From IMG/VR virus record IMGVR_UViG_3300011437_000001: 64,000 nucleotides of DNA; one strand, given 5' to 3'. Source of the DNA: an uncultured virus (IMG/VR IMGVR_UViG_3300011437_000001). Its lineage: Duplodnaviria > Heunggongvirae > Uroviricota > Caudoviricetes. Numbering within the stretch: the first letter of the stretch is position 1; each line of letters opens with the position of its first letter. Made by a program: the position numbers and the translations under genes. Of the stretch, positions 36,061 through 47,700 are shown piece after piece. The notes under the pieces were generated by a model. It saw only the letters and a program-made list of their open reading frames with translations. It made no database searches and was not told the origin of the DNA.

Positions 36061-36750
36061 ATGAATCTCAGCGAGATTCGCCAGCGCGTGCTGGACAACT
36101 TAGGGGACGATGGACAGGCATGGGCGCCCGCCGGCGAGGCGGCGCCCTATGCCCGCATCGATCGTCTGGTGAACGACGAGATCGACGCGCTCGCGATCCT
36201 GATCGAGCGCGTCGATCCCACCTTTATGCGCCGCGGCACGGATTTGACGCTGGGTCCGGCGGGCGGGGTGGACATCGGCATCGGCAACACGGGTTCCAGT
36301 CCGCTGCCGGCGGATTTCAAGCGGATGATTTCGCTGTGGGAGCACGAAGTCGGCATCGAGCCGCACGAAGTGCAGATCATCGAGCCCGACCGCGTGCCGA
36401 TGTACTTTGGCCTGTCGCAGACGGTGGCCTTTATGGGCACGGCGGAACCTTCGCCGGCCGCCGTCGCCATCAGCGCGCCGCGAACCTACATCCACGTGCA
36501 GAAGGTACGAGCCACGGCGCGCTATACGCTGTGGTACACGGCCCGCGTGCGGGCCATGGCCGAAGCGTCTGACACCCCAAGCATTCCGTTGGAGTTCCAC
36601 TACGTCATCGTGCTGGGCGTCACCCTGCGGGCGATGAACCAGGAAAACTCCGAAGTGGATCAATACCGCAAGTCGTACGACGCGGCCAAGGCGGAAATGC
36701 TCGCCGCCCTGCCGGCGCGGGACGGCTCTTTCACTATGCCCATTCAGTAG
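36061..36750 (+). CDS. Putative head-tail adaptor protein
   Basis: MNLSEIRQRV..., LPADFKRMISL, DTPSIPLEFHYVIV pattern. Confidence 0.65.
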   Translation: MNLSEIRQRVLDNLGDDGQAWAPAGEAAPYARIDRLVNDEIDALAILIERVDPTFMRRGTDLTLGPAGGVDIGIGNTGSSPLPADFKRMISLWEHEVGIEPHEVQIIEPDRVPMYFGLSQTVAFMGTAEPSPAAVAISAPRTYIHVQKVRATARYTLWYTARVRAMAEASDTPSIPLEFHYVIVLGVTLRAMNQENSEVDQYRKSYDAAKAEMLAALPARDGSFTMPIQ

Positions 36751-36756
36751 AAGACC

Positions 36757-37458
36757 ATGAACCTCGTCGAACTTCGCGTGCAAGTGCTGGAGAACGTTGG
36801 GCGCGACGTGCGCGGTCTGGCTAACCCCCAGGTGGAGCGGGTCATCAATCGCGCCGTAGAGCACGTGACCAACCTGGTGGAGCAGACGGCCAAGAACTAC
36901 AACATGGCCCCCGCGCCCATCACCGTGAATGCCGTCGCCGGCACCGAGAAATACCTGCTCGGTGCGAGCGGCGTCATTCGCAAGATTCTGTACGTGGAGC
37001 GCGTGCCCACCACGGGCAAGCCCACGGAAGTGCGGATTATCCCGTTTCAGCAGAAGAACGATTACGGCGGCTCGTCGAGCTTCACCGACACCTATCGCCG
37101 CTGCCGCGCTGGCGCGGGCACCTTCGTTTACATCGTGCGGGAAAGCGACGGCGAGTGGTATCTGGGCTTCCCCCCGGAAGCCTCCGCGGCCATGACCATC
37201 AAGGTCTACTACGCGGCGCCCATCACCCCGCTGACGCTGGGCACGCACATCCCCACGGAAGTGCCGGAAAACCACCACGAACTCATCGCCGTGCGGTCCA
37301 CCATCATCCTGCTCGATCAGCACCCGAATATCCCGCAGAACCGCGTGCAGCGCTGGGAGCGGCACTACGGCGAGCTGCTGCAAATGATGCAATCCGATCT
37401 GGAAACCTGGAACCGCACCGGGCCGCGCGTGCGGCAGATGCACGTGTCGCGTCGATAG
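36757..37458 (+). CDS. Putative head-tail adaptor protein (paralog of the preceding gene)
   Basis: MNLVELRVQV..., IKVYY, IPTEVPENHHELI. Confidence 0.65.
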   Translation: MNLVELRVQVLENVGRDVRGLANPQVERVINRAVEHVTNLVEQTAKNYNMAPAPITVNAVAGTEKYLLGASGVIRKILYVERVPTTGKPTEVRIIPFQQKNDYGGSSSFTDTYRRCRAGAGTFVYIVRESDGEWYLGFPPEASAAMTIKVYYAAPITPLTLGTHIPTEVPENHHELIAVRSTIILLDQHPNIPQNRVQRWERHYGELLQMMQSDLETWNRTGPRVRQMHVSRR

Positions 37459-37461
37459 CCA

Positions 37462-39603
37462 ATGCCCCGCACCCTGGAAAATCTCCTGACGGTTCGCGCC
37501 CCGTGGCCGGGCATCAACCAGCGCATCGCGCCGGAAGAGCTGCCGCCCAACCGCCCGCAGAACATGCGCAACCTGTGGATCCATCGCCACGCGCTGGAGG
37601 CGAGGCCCGGCTACAGCAAGGCCGTGCCCTCGCCGCTGCCCACGCTGGCGGAGCCCAACACGCCGCTGCCTTGGCAGTTGGCCCAGGTGCTGGTGGGCAA
37701 GCGCGACGATCCCCGCGCCACGATCTTCGCCATGGTGGGCGAATACAACCTGCCGCCGGAGTTGATTTACCTCAAGGCTAACGGGGAGTGGGACGCGATT
37801 GGTTTGCCGTCGGCTGCTCCGCTCACCCGGCGCGGCAGCTTTGTTTCGTTCTACCCGTACATCTTCGCCCTGTTTCCTGAGTCGTACGACAACCTGGTGG
37901 GCAAGATCAGCGACCCGAGTTCGATTGCCACGGAAGGCATGCGCCCTTTGGGCATGAAGGCCCCAGACAAGCCGTTTGTTCATCCCGATCAAAGCGCCCT
38001 GCGTGTGCCGGGCTTTACCTTGCCGACCCACAGCCCGTTCCGCGGCGTCTATGGTTTTGCGGTCTCGTTCTACAACGCCGACGATGCGCAAGAATCCAAC
38101 GCCACCATCGCAGTCAAGGACCGGCTGGACAACGGCGACCCCAATCCCGAAGCCACCCCAGACAACGATATTGACACCCTACTGGATAACACGCCGGGCG
38201 GAGGAGGAGACGACTCCAGTTATTTCATTCACCTCTTCGTGCCCGATCCGCAGGAGCAGCGGGCCACACACTTCCGCATTTACATGCGGGTGCAATCGGC
38301 GGAGGGGGTATCAGCAGAGGCCGACTTGGGCGGTGAGACCGTCTATCGCCTAGCCGCCGAATTGCCGATCAGTCGCGGCATCGCGGACCCGGCCTTCCCC
38401 AGCACGCGGCGTATCGAACTCCGTGGTGCCGATCTGCACGTGGGACACCCCGACGACCCCGAGCCATCGCTGAGCGTTCGCGGCATTGGGCCGTTTCGAC
38501 CAACGCGGAATTTTCCGCCGCCCAGGTCGCGATACGCTCTTCCCTACCAGAACAAGATGCTGTGGTGCTCAGTGGAGGAAGCGACCGGCGGCCTGATTGT
38601 TGTCTCGCAGGACGGTCGGCCGGAATCGGCAAACCCCGACGACTTCATCGAACTGCCCGACGCCATCCGCGGCGACGTGACTGGCTGCGTGGTGTACCAG
38701 GGACGCGCCGTGTTTTTCACCGACCGATCGATCTTCGTGCTGTCCGGCACCGTTTCGGTGCTCAGCAACGACGAAGCCGCCCTGAGCGTGCCTGCGCCAA
38801 CGCCCGAATACTCCATCTTCCGTGCGGATAGCGACGTGGGCTGCATCAACACCCACGGCGGCAACGGGGTGATCGAAATCGAAGAGCTGCTCTACTTCAA
38901 CGGGCAGCAAGGCATCTACACCTTCGACGGCAACGGATCCAAGAAGATCAGCGACGACATCGACAACCTGTGGGCCACGCTCAGCGACACCGCGCGGCGC
39001 TCCTGCACCATGGCCCACGACCGGCGCAACAACCAACTGGTGATCTGCTACGGGGGGCCCAACGTGGCCGGCCCGCCGGCGGTGGTGCGCTACAACTACC
39101 GCAGCAGGGAATGGTGCATCGACGACGTGCCCAACGCGACCTGTGTGGCCGACTGGATCGATGCCGAGCCCTACTACGACGGGCTGGACAAGTCGCCGCA
39201 GCGGCTGTTTCTCATCGGCGCGTCCGACGAGGACGGCCTGATCGGCTTCCTGGACGAGCGCGAGGATGAGGACCACGACCAGCCGATTGAGTTCATCTGG
39301 GAAGGCGGAGACATGGATTTCGGTCTGCCCTCCCGCGAAAAGCGGCTGTTCCATCTAACCATCGACAGCAACGCAGCCACCCCGCATCTGCGGATTGACG
39401 TGACCTTAGAGCACGCCGACGGGCGGCGCAACACCAAGGTGTTGTACCAGATCGAAAACACCACCAAGGCCATCCATAAGCGCAAGCTGGACACTCGCGC
39501 CGTGCGCATGCGCCTGAAGATCACCGGGCAGCGCAGCAGCGTGCGCGGCCAGCAAAAGATCAACAGCTTCGCCATCGACGGCGTGCCCATCGGGCATCGC
39601 TAA
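37462..39603 (+). CDS. Putative tail nozzle / tubular protein (P22 gp10- or T7 gp12-like role)
   Basis: 713-aa beta-propeller-like protein (DVGCI, LYFNGQQGIYTFDG, KKISDDI, YNYRSREW); podovirus gene order. Confidence 0.65.
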   Translation: MPRTLENLLTVRAPWPGINQRIAPEELPPNRPQNMRNLWIHRHALEARPGYSKAVPSPLPTLAEPNTPLPWQLAQVLVGKRDDPRATIFAMVGEYNLPPELIYLKANGEWDAIGLPSAAPLTRRGSFVSFYPYIFALFPESYDNLVGKISDPSSIATEGMRPLGMKAPDKPFVHPDQSALRVPGFTLPTHSPFRGVYGFAVSFYNADDAQESNATIAVKDRLDNGDPNPEATPDNDIDTLLDNTPGGGGDDSSYFIHLFVPDPQEQRATHFRIYMRVQSAEGVSAEADLGGETVYRLAAELPISRGIADPAFPSTRRIELRGADLHVGHPDDPEPSLSVRGIGPFRPTRNFPPPRSRYALPYQNKMLWCSVEEATGGLIVVSQDGRPESANPDDFIELPDAIRGDVTGCVVYQGRAVFFTDRSIFVLSGTVSVLSNDEAALSVPAPTPEYSIFRADSDVGCINTHGGNGVIEIEELLYFNGQQGIYTFDGNGSKKISDDIDNLWATLSDTARRSCTMAHDRRNNQLVICYGGPNVAGPPAVVRYNYRSREWCIDDVPNATCVADWIDAEPYYDGLDKSPQRLFLIGASDEDGLIGFLDEREDEDHDQPIEFIWEGGDMDFGLPSREKRLFHLTIDSNAATPHLRIDVTLEHADGRRNTKVLYQIENTTKAIHKRKLDTRAVRMRLKITGQRSSVRGQQKINSFAIDGVPIGHR

Positions 39604-39645
39604 GCAGCAGCCAATCAACAACTTAACTCTTTGGAGGATAGAAGC

Positions 39646-40104
39646 ATGCGCCTGCAATTTACGCTCGTGCGCTCGCGCACGCCGGCGCGCAACCCGGAAA
39701 CGCTCTTTCAGCTCATCGCCGCCGCGAATCACCGCGTCACGATTCTCGGCGCGGATGTCAGCTTGCAAGGGAGCACGCCGGGTACTGCGCCGGTTGTCTT
39801 TCAGTTTTTGATCCAGACCGACGCCGGCACACCGGGCACGTCGCCCACCACGCTCACGCCACAGAAGAACGATCGGGGCTATGACGAGACCATCCAGACG
39901 ACGTTCTCTGCGTTCGACGGCACCGGCTCACCGGCCAACCCCGCGGGCACCACGAAGATCGCCGAGTTCTCGCTGCACGAGCAAGGCTTGTTCCCGTGGC
40001 GTCCGCCGTTCCCGTTTGTGGTGAAGGGCGGCGAGCGCATCGGCCTCAACTACGCGCGGGCCTCCTTCGTTCCCGTGTCCGTCACCCTCTACTGCGAGGA
40101 GTAA
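39646..40104 (+). CDS. Putative virion protein (paralog pair 1)
   Basis: SLQGS..P, TTLTPQKNDRG.DE.I and VKGGER.GL shared with the next gene. Confidence 0.65.
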   Translation: MRLQFTLVRSRTPARNPETLFQLIAAANHRVTILGADVSLQGSTPGTAPVVFQFLIQTDAGTPGTSPTTLTPQKNDRGYDETIQTTFSAFDGTGSPANPAGTTKIAEFSLHEQGLFPWRPPFPFVVKGGERIGLNYARASFVPVSVTLYCEE

Positions 40105-40111
40105 CACAGCC

Positions 40112-40540
40112 ATGCTGTTCACAGCGACCCACGTGCACGTGCCCAACGCGGACCCGCGCACGCTCCTCCAGATCCATGCGCCGCAGGACGAGGAGATCAA
40201 GATTCTTCGCGGCGAAATCACCCTGCAAGGTTCGCAGCCTGCATCCACGCCCATCCTGTTCGATTGGGTAATTCAATCGACGGCGGGCACCGCCACGACC
40301 TTGACCCCGCAGAAAAACGACCGGGGCCAGGACGAGGAGATCAAGTGCAAGCTGTGGAAGGACTTCACCGGGGAGCCCTCGGCGGGCGATACGGTGTGGC
40401 AGGGGTTCATTCACCAGCAAGGCGCTTGGCCTTGGACTCCAGCCTTCCCGCTCAAAGTCAAGGGCGGCGAGCGGCTGGGCCTCCGCTACCGCAGCGGCAC
40501 GTTCGTGGCGGTTTCCTTCACGTTCTACCTTGCGGAGTAG
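40112..40540 (+). CDS. Putative virion protein (paralog pair 2)
   Basis: Shares the same motifs with the preceding gene. Confidence 0.65.
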   Translation: MLFTATHVHVPNADPRTLLQIHAPQDEEIKILRGEITLQGSQPASTPILFDWVIQSTAGTATTLTPQKNDRGQDEEIKCKLWKDFTGEPSAGDTVWQGFIHQQGAWPWTPAFPLKVKGGERLGLRYRSGTFVAVSFTFYLAE

Positions 40541-40546
40541 CCCGGC

Positions 40547-40801
40547 GTGGATTTCCTGCTGCAACCGGCAATCGCGTCCGCGTACACACCCTTGGCGGAT
40601 GTTCCACCGCCGCCGAGCAACGTAGCCGGCGTTCCGTTTACGGAAACGACGCCGGACTTCCTGGTTGCGCTCACCGCGCCGGTCTTTGATCCGGTGGTAA
40701 TGATTAGTGTCCCGGCGGGCGGGGCGCTTGCGGGTTCGCCCTTGGACACGGGCACTCCAGACGCCCTCCCGCCGAACTCCTTTCTGGTGCCGGTATGGTA
40801 G
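40547..40801 (+). CDS. Small Pro-rich hypothetical protein
   Basis: GTG start after GGAG; fills the gap to the next gene. Confidence 0.5.
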   Translation: MDFLLQPAIASAYTPLADVPPPPSNVAGVPFTETTPDFLVALTAPVFDPVVMISVPAGGALAGSPLDTGTPDALPPNSFLVPVW

Positions 40802-43638
40802 CCGGTGGTAAGCACAACCGTCCGCCATTTACAGCCCCCGACCCCAAGCTGGACCTCATGCTGCGCGAACTGTACGCGCGCACCAGTGGCAGCGGCGGAT
40901 CGGGCGGCGGCGGGCAAGGTCCGCGCGGCCCGCAAGGGGCGCAGGGGCCAGCCGGTCCCGCCGGGGCTGATGGTGCGCAGCTTTCCCCTCTGGCTGTTGG
41001 AGCCGGCACGCTCGGGCTGTCCTACGTCAGCGACGGAAGCCCGGAACTCTCCACCGTCATTCCCAACACGCCGATCATCACCGTCGGCGGGGACGGAAGC
41101 ATCTCCAGTGAACCCGCCCGCAACATCTACACCGTAGCGCCGCAACCGGGTTCCCCATCCGCAACTCTCTCTCGACTCGCGAACAACCATAACGCCGCGA
41201 CCTGCATCCTGGTCGGCGGCGACACCGATCGACTGGTCACCGTCGATGACGATTCCGTTCTCGACGCGGACGTGCTGGACACCTTCATCGTGACCGGCGG
41301 CGACCTCGTGCTGCGCGCCGGCACGGTCATCGCCTTCAGCTACTACTTGGCGGGCCAGCGCTGGATCGAGACCGCGCGGATCGATCCCTACGCTCTCCCC
41401 GATCTGGAAACCGAAACACGCTACGCGCGCATCGACCATGGCCACGCCGGCATGGCGGTGGCGCCCATTCCGCTGGCGGATCTGGAACTCATTACCTCGC
41501 AGCGGCTGCTGGGCCGCGTCGATGCCGGCACGGGTGTGGTGCAGCAGCTCCAAGTGGGAACCACGTCCACGATCTCGCCCACCTGGACCGACGCCGGCGA
41601 CTTCATCGACTTCCGTGTGCGCGACGACTCCATTCTCAACCAGCACCTAAACAACATGGTGCAGTCGCGGATCAAGGGCCGGGCTTCGGGTACGGGCACG
41701 GACAACCCCGTCGACCTCACGCCCGACCAAGTCATCGCCATCCTCAATGAAGCGACCACGCAGCTTGATTTGGGCAGCGGTGGTACTCAGGCGGACCTAA
41801 CGGCTACGGGGCCGGGGTTCTTGAAGCAAGCCTCTCTCGGCGCGGCGGTCACCGTGGGCACGTTGGCGGCTGGCGACATTCCGGCGCACGCCTCGACGCA
41901 TGAGACGGGCGGAAGCGATCCGATCACTTCGCTGGCCGCGACGGTACTCACGTCCGGCTTGGTGCCGTTGGCGAGGCTGCAAGAGGTTATGGCCCTGGCG
42001 GACTTGTCGGACGTAACGGGCACTACGGGCGGCTCTAGCGTCGTCGTTAAACAGACCAATCCGACGATCGGCGGGTTCGTGTTAACCGGACAAGTCAATC
42101 TGGGTAACGGCGTTGCGAGTCGCCAATTCAACTTTGATTCAACGAACCTGTCGCTGGATTTCGTTCGCACGCCTTCGGCGGTGAACTACTTCGAGTTGAC
42201 CCATGCCGCCACGGGCAATCGCCCGGCGTTCGACGCCACCGGAACGGACGCGGACGTTGCCCCCGAGTTCGGCATCAAAGGCACAACGCTTCAAGCCACC
42301 ATCGCTGGAGGCAAAGCACCGGGCGAAATCCTGACCACGGGGTCGTTGGCTGCGGACCTGCCCGATCACGGCTCCACGCACGCGGCGGCGGGCGGCGACC
42401 CCCTGCAAGTGTCGGCTACCGATCGATTGCTGGGCCGCGTATCGGCCAGTGCCGGGGCCGTCGAAGAAATTGAAATCACCGACTTTGTGCAGTCGATTCT
42501 CAATGACCCCGACGCGGCCACGGTGCGCGCGACTCTGGGCCTCGGCGCCTTGGCGACCGGCAGTAGTGCGGCGGATATCGCCTACACCCCCGCAGTGCTC
42601 ACCGATTGGGATGGTGACGCCGATCCGGGGGACGTGGACAACGCGCTGGACCAATTGGCCGAGCGGGTCGATGACCTGGAGGGGGCGGGCGGAGGGGGCT
42701 ACACCGACGAGCAGGCTCAGGACGCAGTCGGCCCAATTATGACCGACAGTGCCGAGATCGACTTCGACTACAACGACACCACACCATCGATCACCGCTGT
42801 ACTGATCAATAACTCTGTAGTTGCCGCAAGGCTCAAGGCGACTGCCACAGACATCCTGTTCGGTCGTTCGACGGCTGGTGCCGGAGCCGGAGAAGAGATT
42901 GCATGCACTGCTTTTGGCCGCAGCCTGATTGATGACGCAGACGCTGCGGCGGGACGCGCCACCCTCGGCCTGGGAACCATCGCCACGGTGAATAGCCCGG
43001 TGCCCATCGCCAATGGGGGGACCGGGCAGACCTCGCAGACGGCCGCCTTCGATGCGCTTTCACCACTGACGACGATTGGCGATCTGATCACCTTCGACGG
43101 CTCGGACAACATCCGGCTGGCGACTGGCGGCGGCGGTGCAGCGCTACGGTCTAACGGCGCAGGCACGGCCCTGAAGTGGATCTCCGATTCCTTTGCGCCC
43201 ACCACCAGCGGCATCCAGAGTTCGTTCGACTACGCCGGGGGCACGATGTCCTGGTATCTAGCGATCGATGCGCTAACTGCCGACGCCAGCCCTGATTCTG
43301 CGGCGGACTATGTCGTTACCTACGATGCCAGCGCCGGCACGAACAAGAAGGTGCTGCTCTCCAACTTGCCCGGTGGTGGTTCGCTGTCCTCGCACAACCA
43401 CACCAGTGCGGGCGGCGACGGCGGTGTGCTTACCAACGATGAGCACGACGGCTTCTTGGACATCCTGGAGATCGCCACGCCGGCGAATCCGGCCACCGAT
43501 CACGGGCGGCTCTTCTGTCGCGCCAACGGCTCAAACATCGAACTGGTTTTTCTCTCGTCGCAGGGCGCGGAGTGCGTGATTTGCTCGCTGCCGGACAACG
43601 TGGTGAACGCAGAACTGCAACTGAATCTGGTTGAATAG
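40795..43638 (+). CDS. Tail fibre-like protein (947 aa)
   Basis: Collagen-like GPRGPQGAQGPAGPAG, HASTHETGGSDP and SLIDDADAAAGRATLGL repeats, PIANGGTGQT. Confidence 0.75.
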   Translation: MVAGGKHNRPPFTAPDPKLDLMLRELYARTSGSGGSGGGGQGPRGPQGAQGPAGPAGADGAQLSPLAVGAGTLGLSYVSDGSPELSTVIPNTPIITVGGDGSISSEPARNIYTVAPQPGSPSATLSRLANNHNAATCILVGGDTDRLVTVDDDSVLDADVLDTFIVTGGDLVLRAGTVIAFSYYLAGQRWIETARIDPYALPDLETETRYARIDHGHAGMAVAPIPLADLELITSQRLLGRVDAGTGVVQQLQVGTTSTISPTWTDAGDFIDFRVRDDSILNQHLNNMVQSRIKGRASGTGTDNPVDLTPDQVIAILNEATTQLDLGSGGTQADLTATGPGFLKQASLGAAVTVGTLAAGDIPAHASTHETGGSDPITSLAATVLTSGLVPLARLQEVMALADLSDVTGTTGGSSVVVKQTNPTIGGFVLTGQVNLGNGVASRQFNFDSTNLSLDFVRTPSAVNYFELTHAATGNRPAFDATGTDADVAPEFGIKGTTLQATIAGGKAPGEILTTGSLAADLPDHGSTHAAAGGDPLQVSATDRLLGRVSASAGAVEEIEITDFVQSILNDPDAATVRATLGLGALATGSSAADIAYTPAVLTDWDGDADPGDVDNALDQLAERVDDLEGAGGGGYTDEQAQDAVGPIMTDSAEIDFDYNDTTPSITAVLINNSVVAARLKATATDILFGRSTAGAGAGEEIACTAFGRSLIDDADAAAGRATLGLGTIATVNSPVPIANGGTGQTSQTAAFDALSPLTTIGDLITFDGSDNIRLATGGGGAALRSNGAGTALKWISDSFAPTTSGIQSSFDYAGGTMSWYLAIDALTADASPDSAADYVVTYDASAGTNKKVLLSNLPGGGSLSSHNHTSAGGDGGVLTNDEHDGFLDILEIATPANPATDHGRLFCRANGSNIELVFLSSQGAECVICSLPDNVVNAELQLNLVE

Positions 43639-43640
43639 AA

Positions 43641-43913
43641 ATGGCACAAATTCCTGGGATCGATCTGGAGTTCTCTGATGGCGTGGAAGCCGTGGGCTAC
43701 AGGGTCCGCTCCACGTCGCTGCTGCGGACTTCGACCAGGGAGACCAATGATCCGCCAACCCTGGGCGACATCCAGGCGGCCTTCGGCTTCGCGTCGGAAG
43801 CAGGCGCGGGGTTCGTGGGCACGCTGAGCCCCGACGGCGCCGGCACGTCGCTTTACCTCTGCGCCTGCGATGGCACCAACTGGTGGACCACGCCAATGAC
43901 CTTGGCGACTTAG
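43641..43913 (+). CDS. Small tail-associated protein
   Basis: LYLCACDGTNW fibre-like motif. Confidence 0.55.
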   Translation: MAQIPGIDLEFSDGVEAVGYRVRSTSLLRTSTRETNDPPTLGDIQAAFGFASEAGAGFVGTLSPDGAGTSLYLCACDGTNWWTTPMTLAT

Positions 43914-43924
43914 GAGAATCAAAA

Positions 43925-44752
43925 ATGGCCTTGCCCAATCCTCCGACCTCCCCGAACGGCTCCAAGCTGTTCGCGACCGTGTACGACGCCACTGGGACGA
44001 ACACCGCCGCTCCGCCGCGCTCCGTCATGCAGAAAACGGTCAACACCGAAGTGCTGGGGTGCATGGCCGTGGGAACCCACAAGGACACGGATGCGTTTGC
44101 GTCCGGCGATCCGGTGGTGCTCTGCTCCGGCATCAACGGCACGGACATTGTGCCCATCGCGGTGAACGCCGACGGCGAAGTGGGCATCCACGACGGCGGC
44201 AACTCCATCACCATCGACGGCACGGTGTCGGTCAGCGGCACGGTGACAGTCGGCACGCACGCGGTCACTCAGTCGGGCACCTGGAACGTTGGACTCAGTG
44301 CGGGCAACAACAACATCGGCGACGTGGACATTGCCTCCATCGCCGCGGGCACCACCACCATCGGTGCGGCCCTGGACGGCGGCTGGGACAACGCCGGCAA
44401 GGCGCCGCAGTACGGTCGGCTCTCGGACAGCTCGGCGACCACTGAGCAGACCTTGCTCTCCGCCGACGCCTCGAACCTTTACAACATCGTCGACGTGGTG
44501 CTCTCCATCTACACCGGCAGCACCGCCCCGGCCGCTGGGCGCAACGTCAAATTGCGGCTGGGCATCGCCGGCACGGTGTTCCACGCGACGTACATTCCTG
44601 CCACGTCCGAGCAGGTGATCCGCGACACGGTGCGCTTCGCCATTCCCGCGCGGTCTGCGGTCAACCAGGCGATCACCGCACAGCTTTCTGGTGCGCTGGG
44701 CACCGGCGGCGTGTTTAGCGCCGAGATCCACGCCTACAAGACGGCCAGCTAA
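43925..44752 (+). CDS. Putative tail/virion protein
   Basis: AGGAG RBS; Gly/Thr/Ser-rich, VTQSGTWNV and AGNNNIGDVD motifs. Confidence 0.6.
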   Translation: MALPNPPTSPNGSKLFATVYDATGTNTAAPPRSVMQKTVNTEVLGCMAVGTHKDTDAFASGDPVVLCSGINGTDIVPIAVNADGEVGIHDGGNSITIDGTVSVSGTVTVGTHAVTQSGTWNVGLSAGNNNIGDVDIASIAAGTTTIGAALDGGWDNAGKAPQYGRLSDSSATTEQTLLSADASNLYNIVDVVLSIYTGSTAPAAGRNVKLRLGIAGTVFHATYIPATSEQVIRDTVRFAIPARSAVNQAITAQLSGALGTGGVFSAEIHAYKTAS

Positions 44753-44754
44753 CA

Positions 44755-47700
44755 ATGCCTACTCGCGTCTCTGGTTTTGTCGTCGATAGCACGGGTCTCC
44801 CGGTCAGCGGGGCCTCGGTGACTCCGCGCGCTTCGGATGGCTCCTCGGCCACTCCAGTGACCACCGACTCCGCCGGGTATTTCGCCGCAGCGGGCCTCGC
44901 GGATAAGACCTGGACGGGCACCGTCTCCAACGCTTCCTGGCGCGTGCAGTTCCCCATGGAGCGGTGGATCCAGGACGACATCCACAACCAGCTCAACACG
45001 CTCAACGCGCACGACTTCGCCCACCTGCGCGGCAAGCTGATCGCCGGGCAGGTCGATTCTGAGTCGGCGACCGCCAGCCAAGTGCTCTCGGCCAACGGCG
45101 CGGGCCAAGCCTCGTGGGCAGGCATCGTGGCCGTCGGCGGCGCGCCTTCCACGCGCACGCTCACGGCTGGCTCTGGCCTTTCCGGCGGCGGGGATCTCTC
45201 GGCGGATCGCACCTTCGACGTGAACGTCGATGGCTCGACGATCGAGATCGACGCCGACACGCTGCGGGTAAAGGCCGCGGGCATCCTGGCTTCGCACATT
45301 GGCGATGCTGAGCTCGCCGCCTTGGCGGGGCTCACTTCCGCGGCGGACCGGCTGCCCTACTTCACCGGGCCCGGCGCCGCGGCACTGGCGGACTTCACCA
45401 CCTTCGCGCGGACTCTGATTGACGATGCGGACGCCACCGCGGCTCGCGCCACGCTCGGCCTGGTCATTGGGACCAACGTGCAGGCGTTCGACAATACGCT
45501 CACGGAGCTGGCCGCCGTGGCCGGGGTGCAGGGCGACTTGCTCTACGCGGACGGCACGGATTCGTGGACGCGGCTGGCCAAGGACGCCAACGCCACGCGC
45601 TATCTCAGCAACACCGGCACCACCAACAACCCCGCTTGGGCACAGGTCAATCTGGCCAACGGTGTCACCGGCGATCTCCCGTTTGCCAACCTCACGCAAG
45701 GCTCGGCGCTCTCGGTGCTGGGCGTCACCGGCAACGCGACGGATGACGTGGCTTCCATCGTGGCGGGCTCCGATCATCAAGTGCTGCGACGCTCGGGGAC
45801 GGCCCTGGCGTTCGGTGCAGTCAACCTGGCCAGCGCCAACGCGATCACGGGCAATCTGCCGGTTGCAAATCTGAACTCGGGGACGGATGCCTCGGCGAGC
45901 ACCTTCTGGTGCGGCGATGGCACCTGGGCGACTCCGGCGGGCGGCGTCAACACTTTCGCGAACATCACCGACGGGACCACGACTGCGGCGGCGGACTCGG
46001 CCACCGACACGTTCAAGCTGCGCTCGGCCTCCAATCTGCTCACGATCGCGTGCCAGAACGACGACGCCACGCATGGCGACAACGCCCTGTTCACGGTCAA
46101 CCAGGCCAACATCGACCACGGCTCGATCGGCGGACTCGCGGACGACGACCACACCATCTACTACTTGGCGGACGGCTCACGAGAACTAACGGGCAACATC
46201 ACTATTCCCAGCGCAGACCCCACGCTGCTCGTTAAGCGTGGATCAGCCACTCTGTTGCAGATCACCAGTTCCGATTCATCGGTCAATTTTCCCGTCACGC
46301 AGTCCAGCATTGCGGCTGCCGACGTACTGTTCGGCGCGCTGGGCTCCGACACCAACATCAACATCAACATCGTCCCCAAGGGCACCGGCATCGTAAAGCT
46401 GGGCGGCGTCGAAGGCGTCACTATCTCCGGCACGCAGACGCTGACCAATAAGACGCTCACCGCTCCGACCATCGCGGACTACACCAACGCGGGCCACGAC
46501 CACCTCGACGCGGATGACGGTGGCGTTCTCACTCTCCCGGCCGTCGGTATCGCCAACTCGTCCACCGTGGGGCAAGTGCTTCGCGTCACCGGGGCCTCGA
46601 CGTATGCCTGGGGGGCGCTGGATCTGGCGGACACGGACGCGGTCACGGGTGCCCTGCCCCTCGCCAACATCGTGCAGATCGCCACCGACAAGTTGCTGGG
46701 ACGGGTGAGCGCATCCACGGGCGTCATTGAGGAAGTCACCTTCACGGATTTCGCGCAATCACTGGTGGACGACGTCGATGCGGCAGCGGCGCGCACGACG
46801 TTGGGACTGGTGATTGGCACCGACGTGCAGGCTTACGATTCCGACTTGGCGGCCATCGCCGCGCTGGCCACCACGGAAGGTTTCTACCGCAAGACCGGCG
46901 CCGGCACGGTTGTCGTCCACAAGTCGAACCTGGCCGCCGCGGTTGACCCCACAGTCAACGAGGACAGCGGCGACGGCTACTCGGTCGGCAGCGTGTGGAT
47001 CAATACCACCGCGGACAAAGTGTTCTTCGCGGCGGACGTGGCCGTGGGCGCCGCCGTGTGGAAAGAGGCCGGCGGCGGGGGCGGCGGCAACTCGTTTGCG
47101 ACCATTGATTGCCCCAGCGGCACGGACCCCGTCGCGGACTCGGCCACCGACACGCTGCAACTTCTGGCCGGCTCCACGAAGATGAGCATCACCGGCGACT
47201 CGGCCGCCGACTCCATCACCTTCGACGTGGTGGAGGCCAACATCGACCACGGCTCGATCGGCGGACTCGCGGACGACGACCACACCCAATATCTGCTGGC
47301 GGCCGGCACGCGAGCGCTGACTGGCAACTGGGACACCGGCGCGTTCAAAGTCATCACCAAGCAGCTCGATCTCGGGCTGGGCTACGACTCTGAGAACAAT
47401 CTGAACGTCGAGGCCAAGGATGGCAACGCGGACGTCTCGACGATTGCAACGTGGCGCCGGGGGCGGTCTGGTGCCAATGGTGCGGCTGGTCTTGGTCTGC
47501 GGCACAACATGCAGATCGAGAACAGTGCAGGTGCTTTCCATGACGCGGCCTACCTCGACGTAGCCTGGGACGATGCCACGGACACCAGCGAGGACGCATC
47601 GCTGACCATCTCGCTCTTCACTGGCGGCTCGGCGACGGAATGCCTGAAGCTCACAGGTACGGCGGGCACGTTAGGTACAGTCCCCATCGTCACCACCTCG

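Noticed and set aside
40547..40860. Programmed frameshift or read-through joining the Pro-rich ORF to the fibre gene
   Set aside because: No clear slippery heptamer; a simple 7-nt start/stop overlap explains the arrangement.
46103..47286. Diversity-generating retroelement TR/VR pair
   Set aside because: The copies are identical with no adenine-specific differences, and no reverse transcriptase is present in the window.
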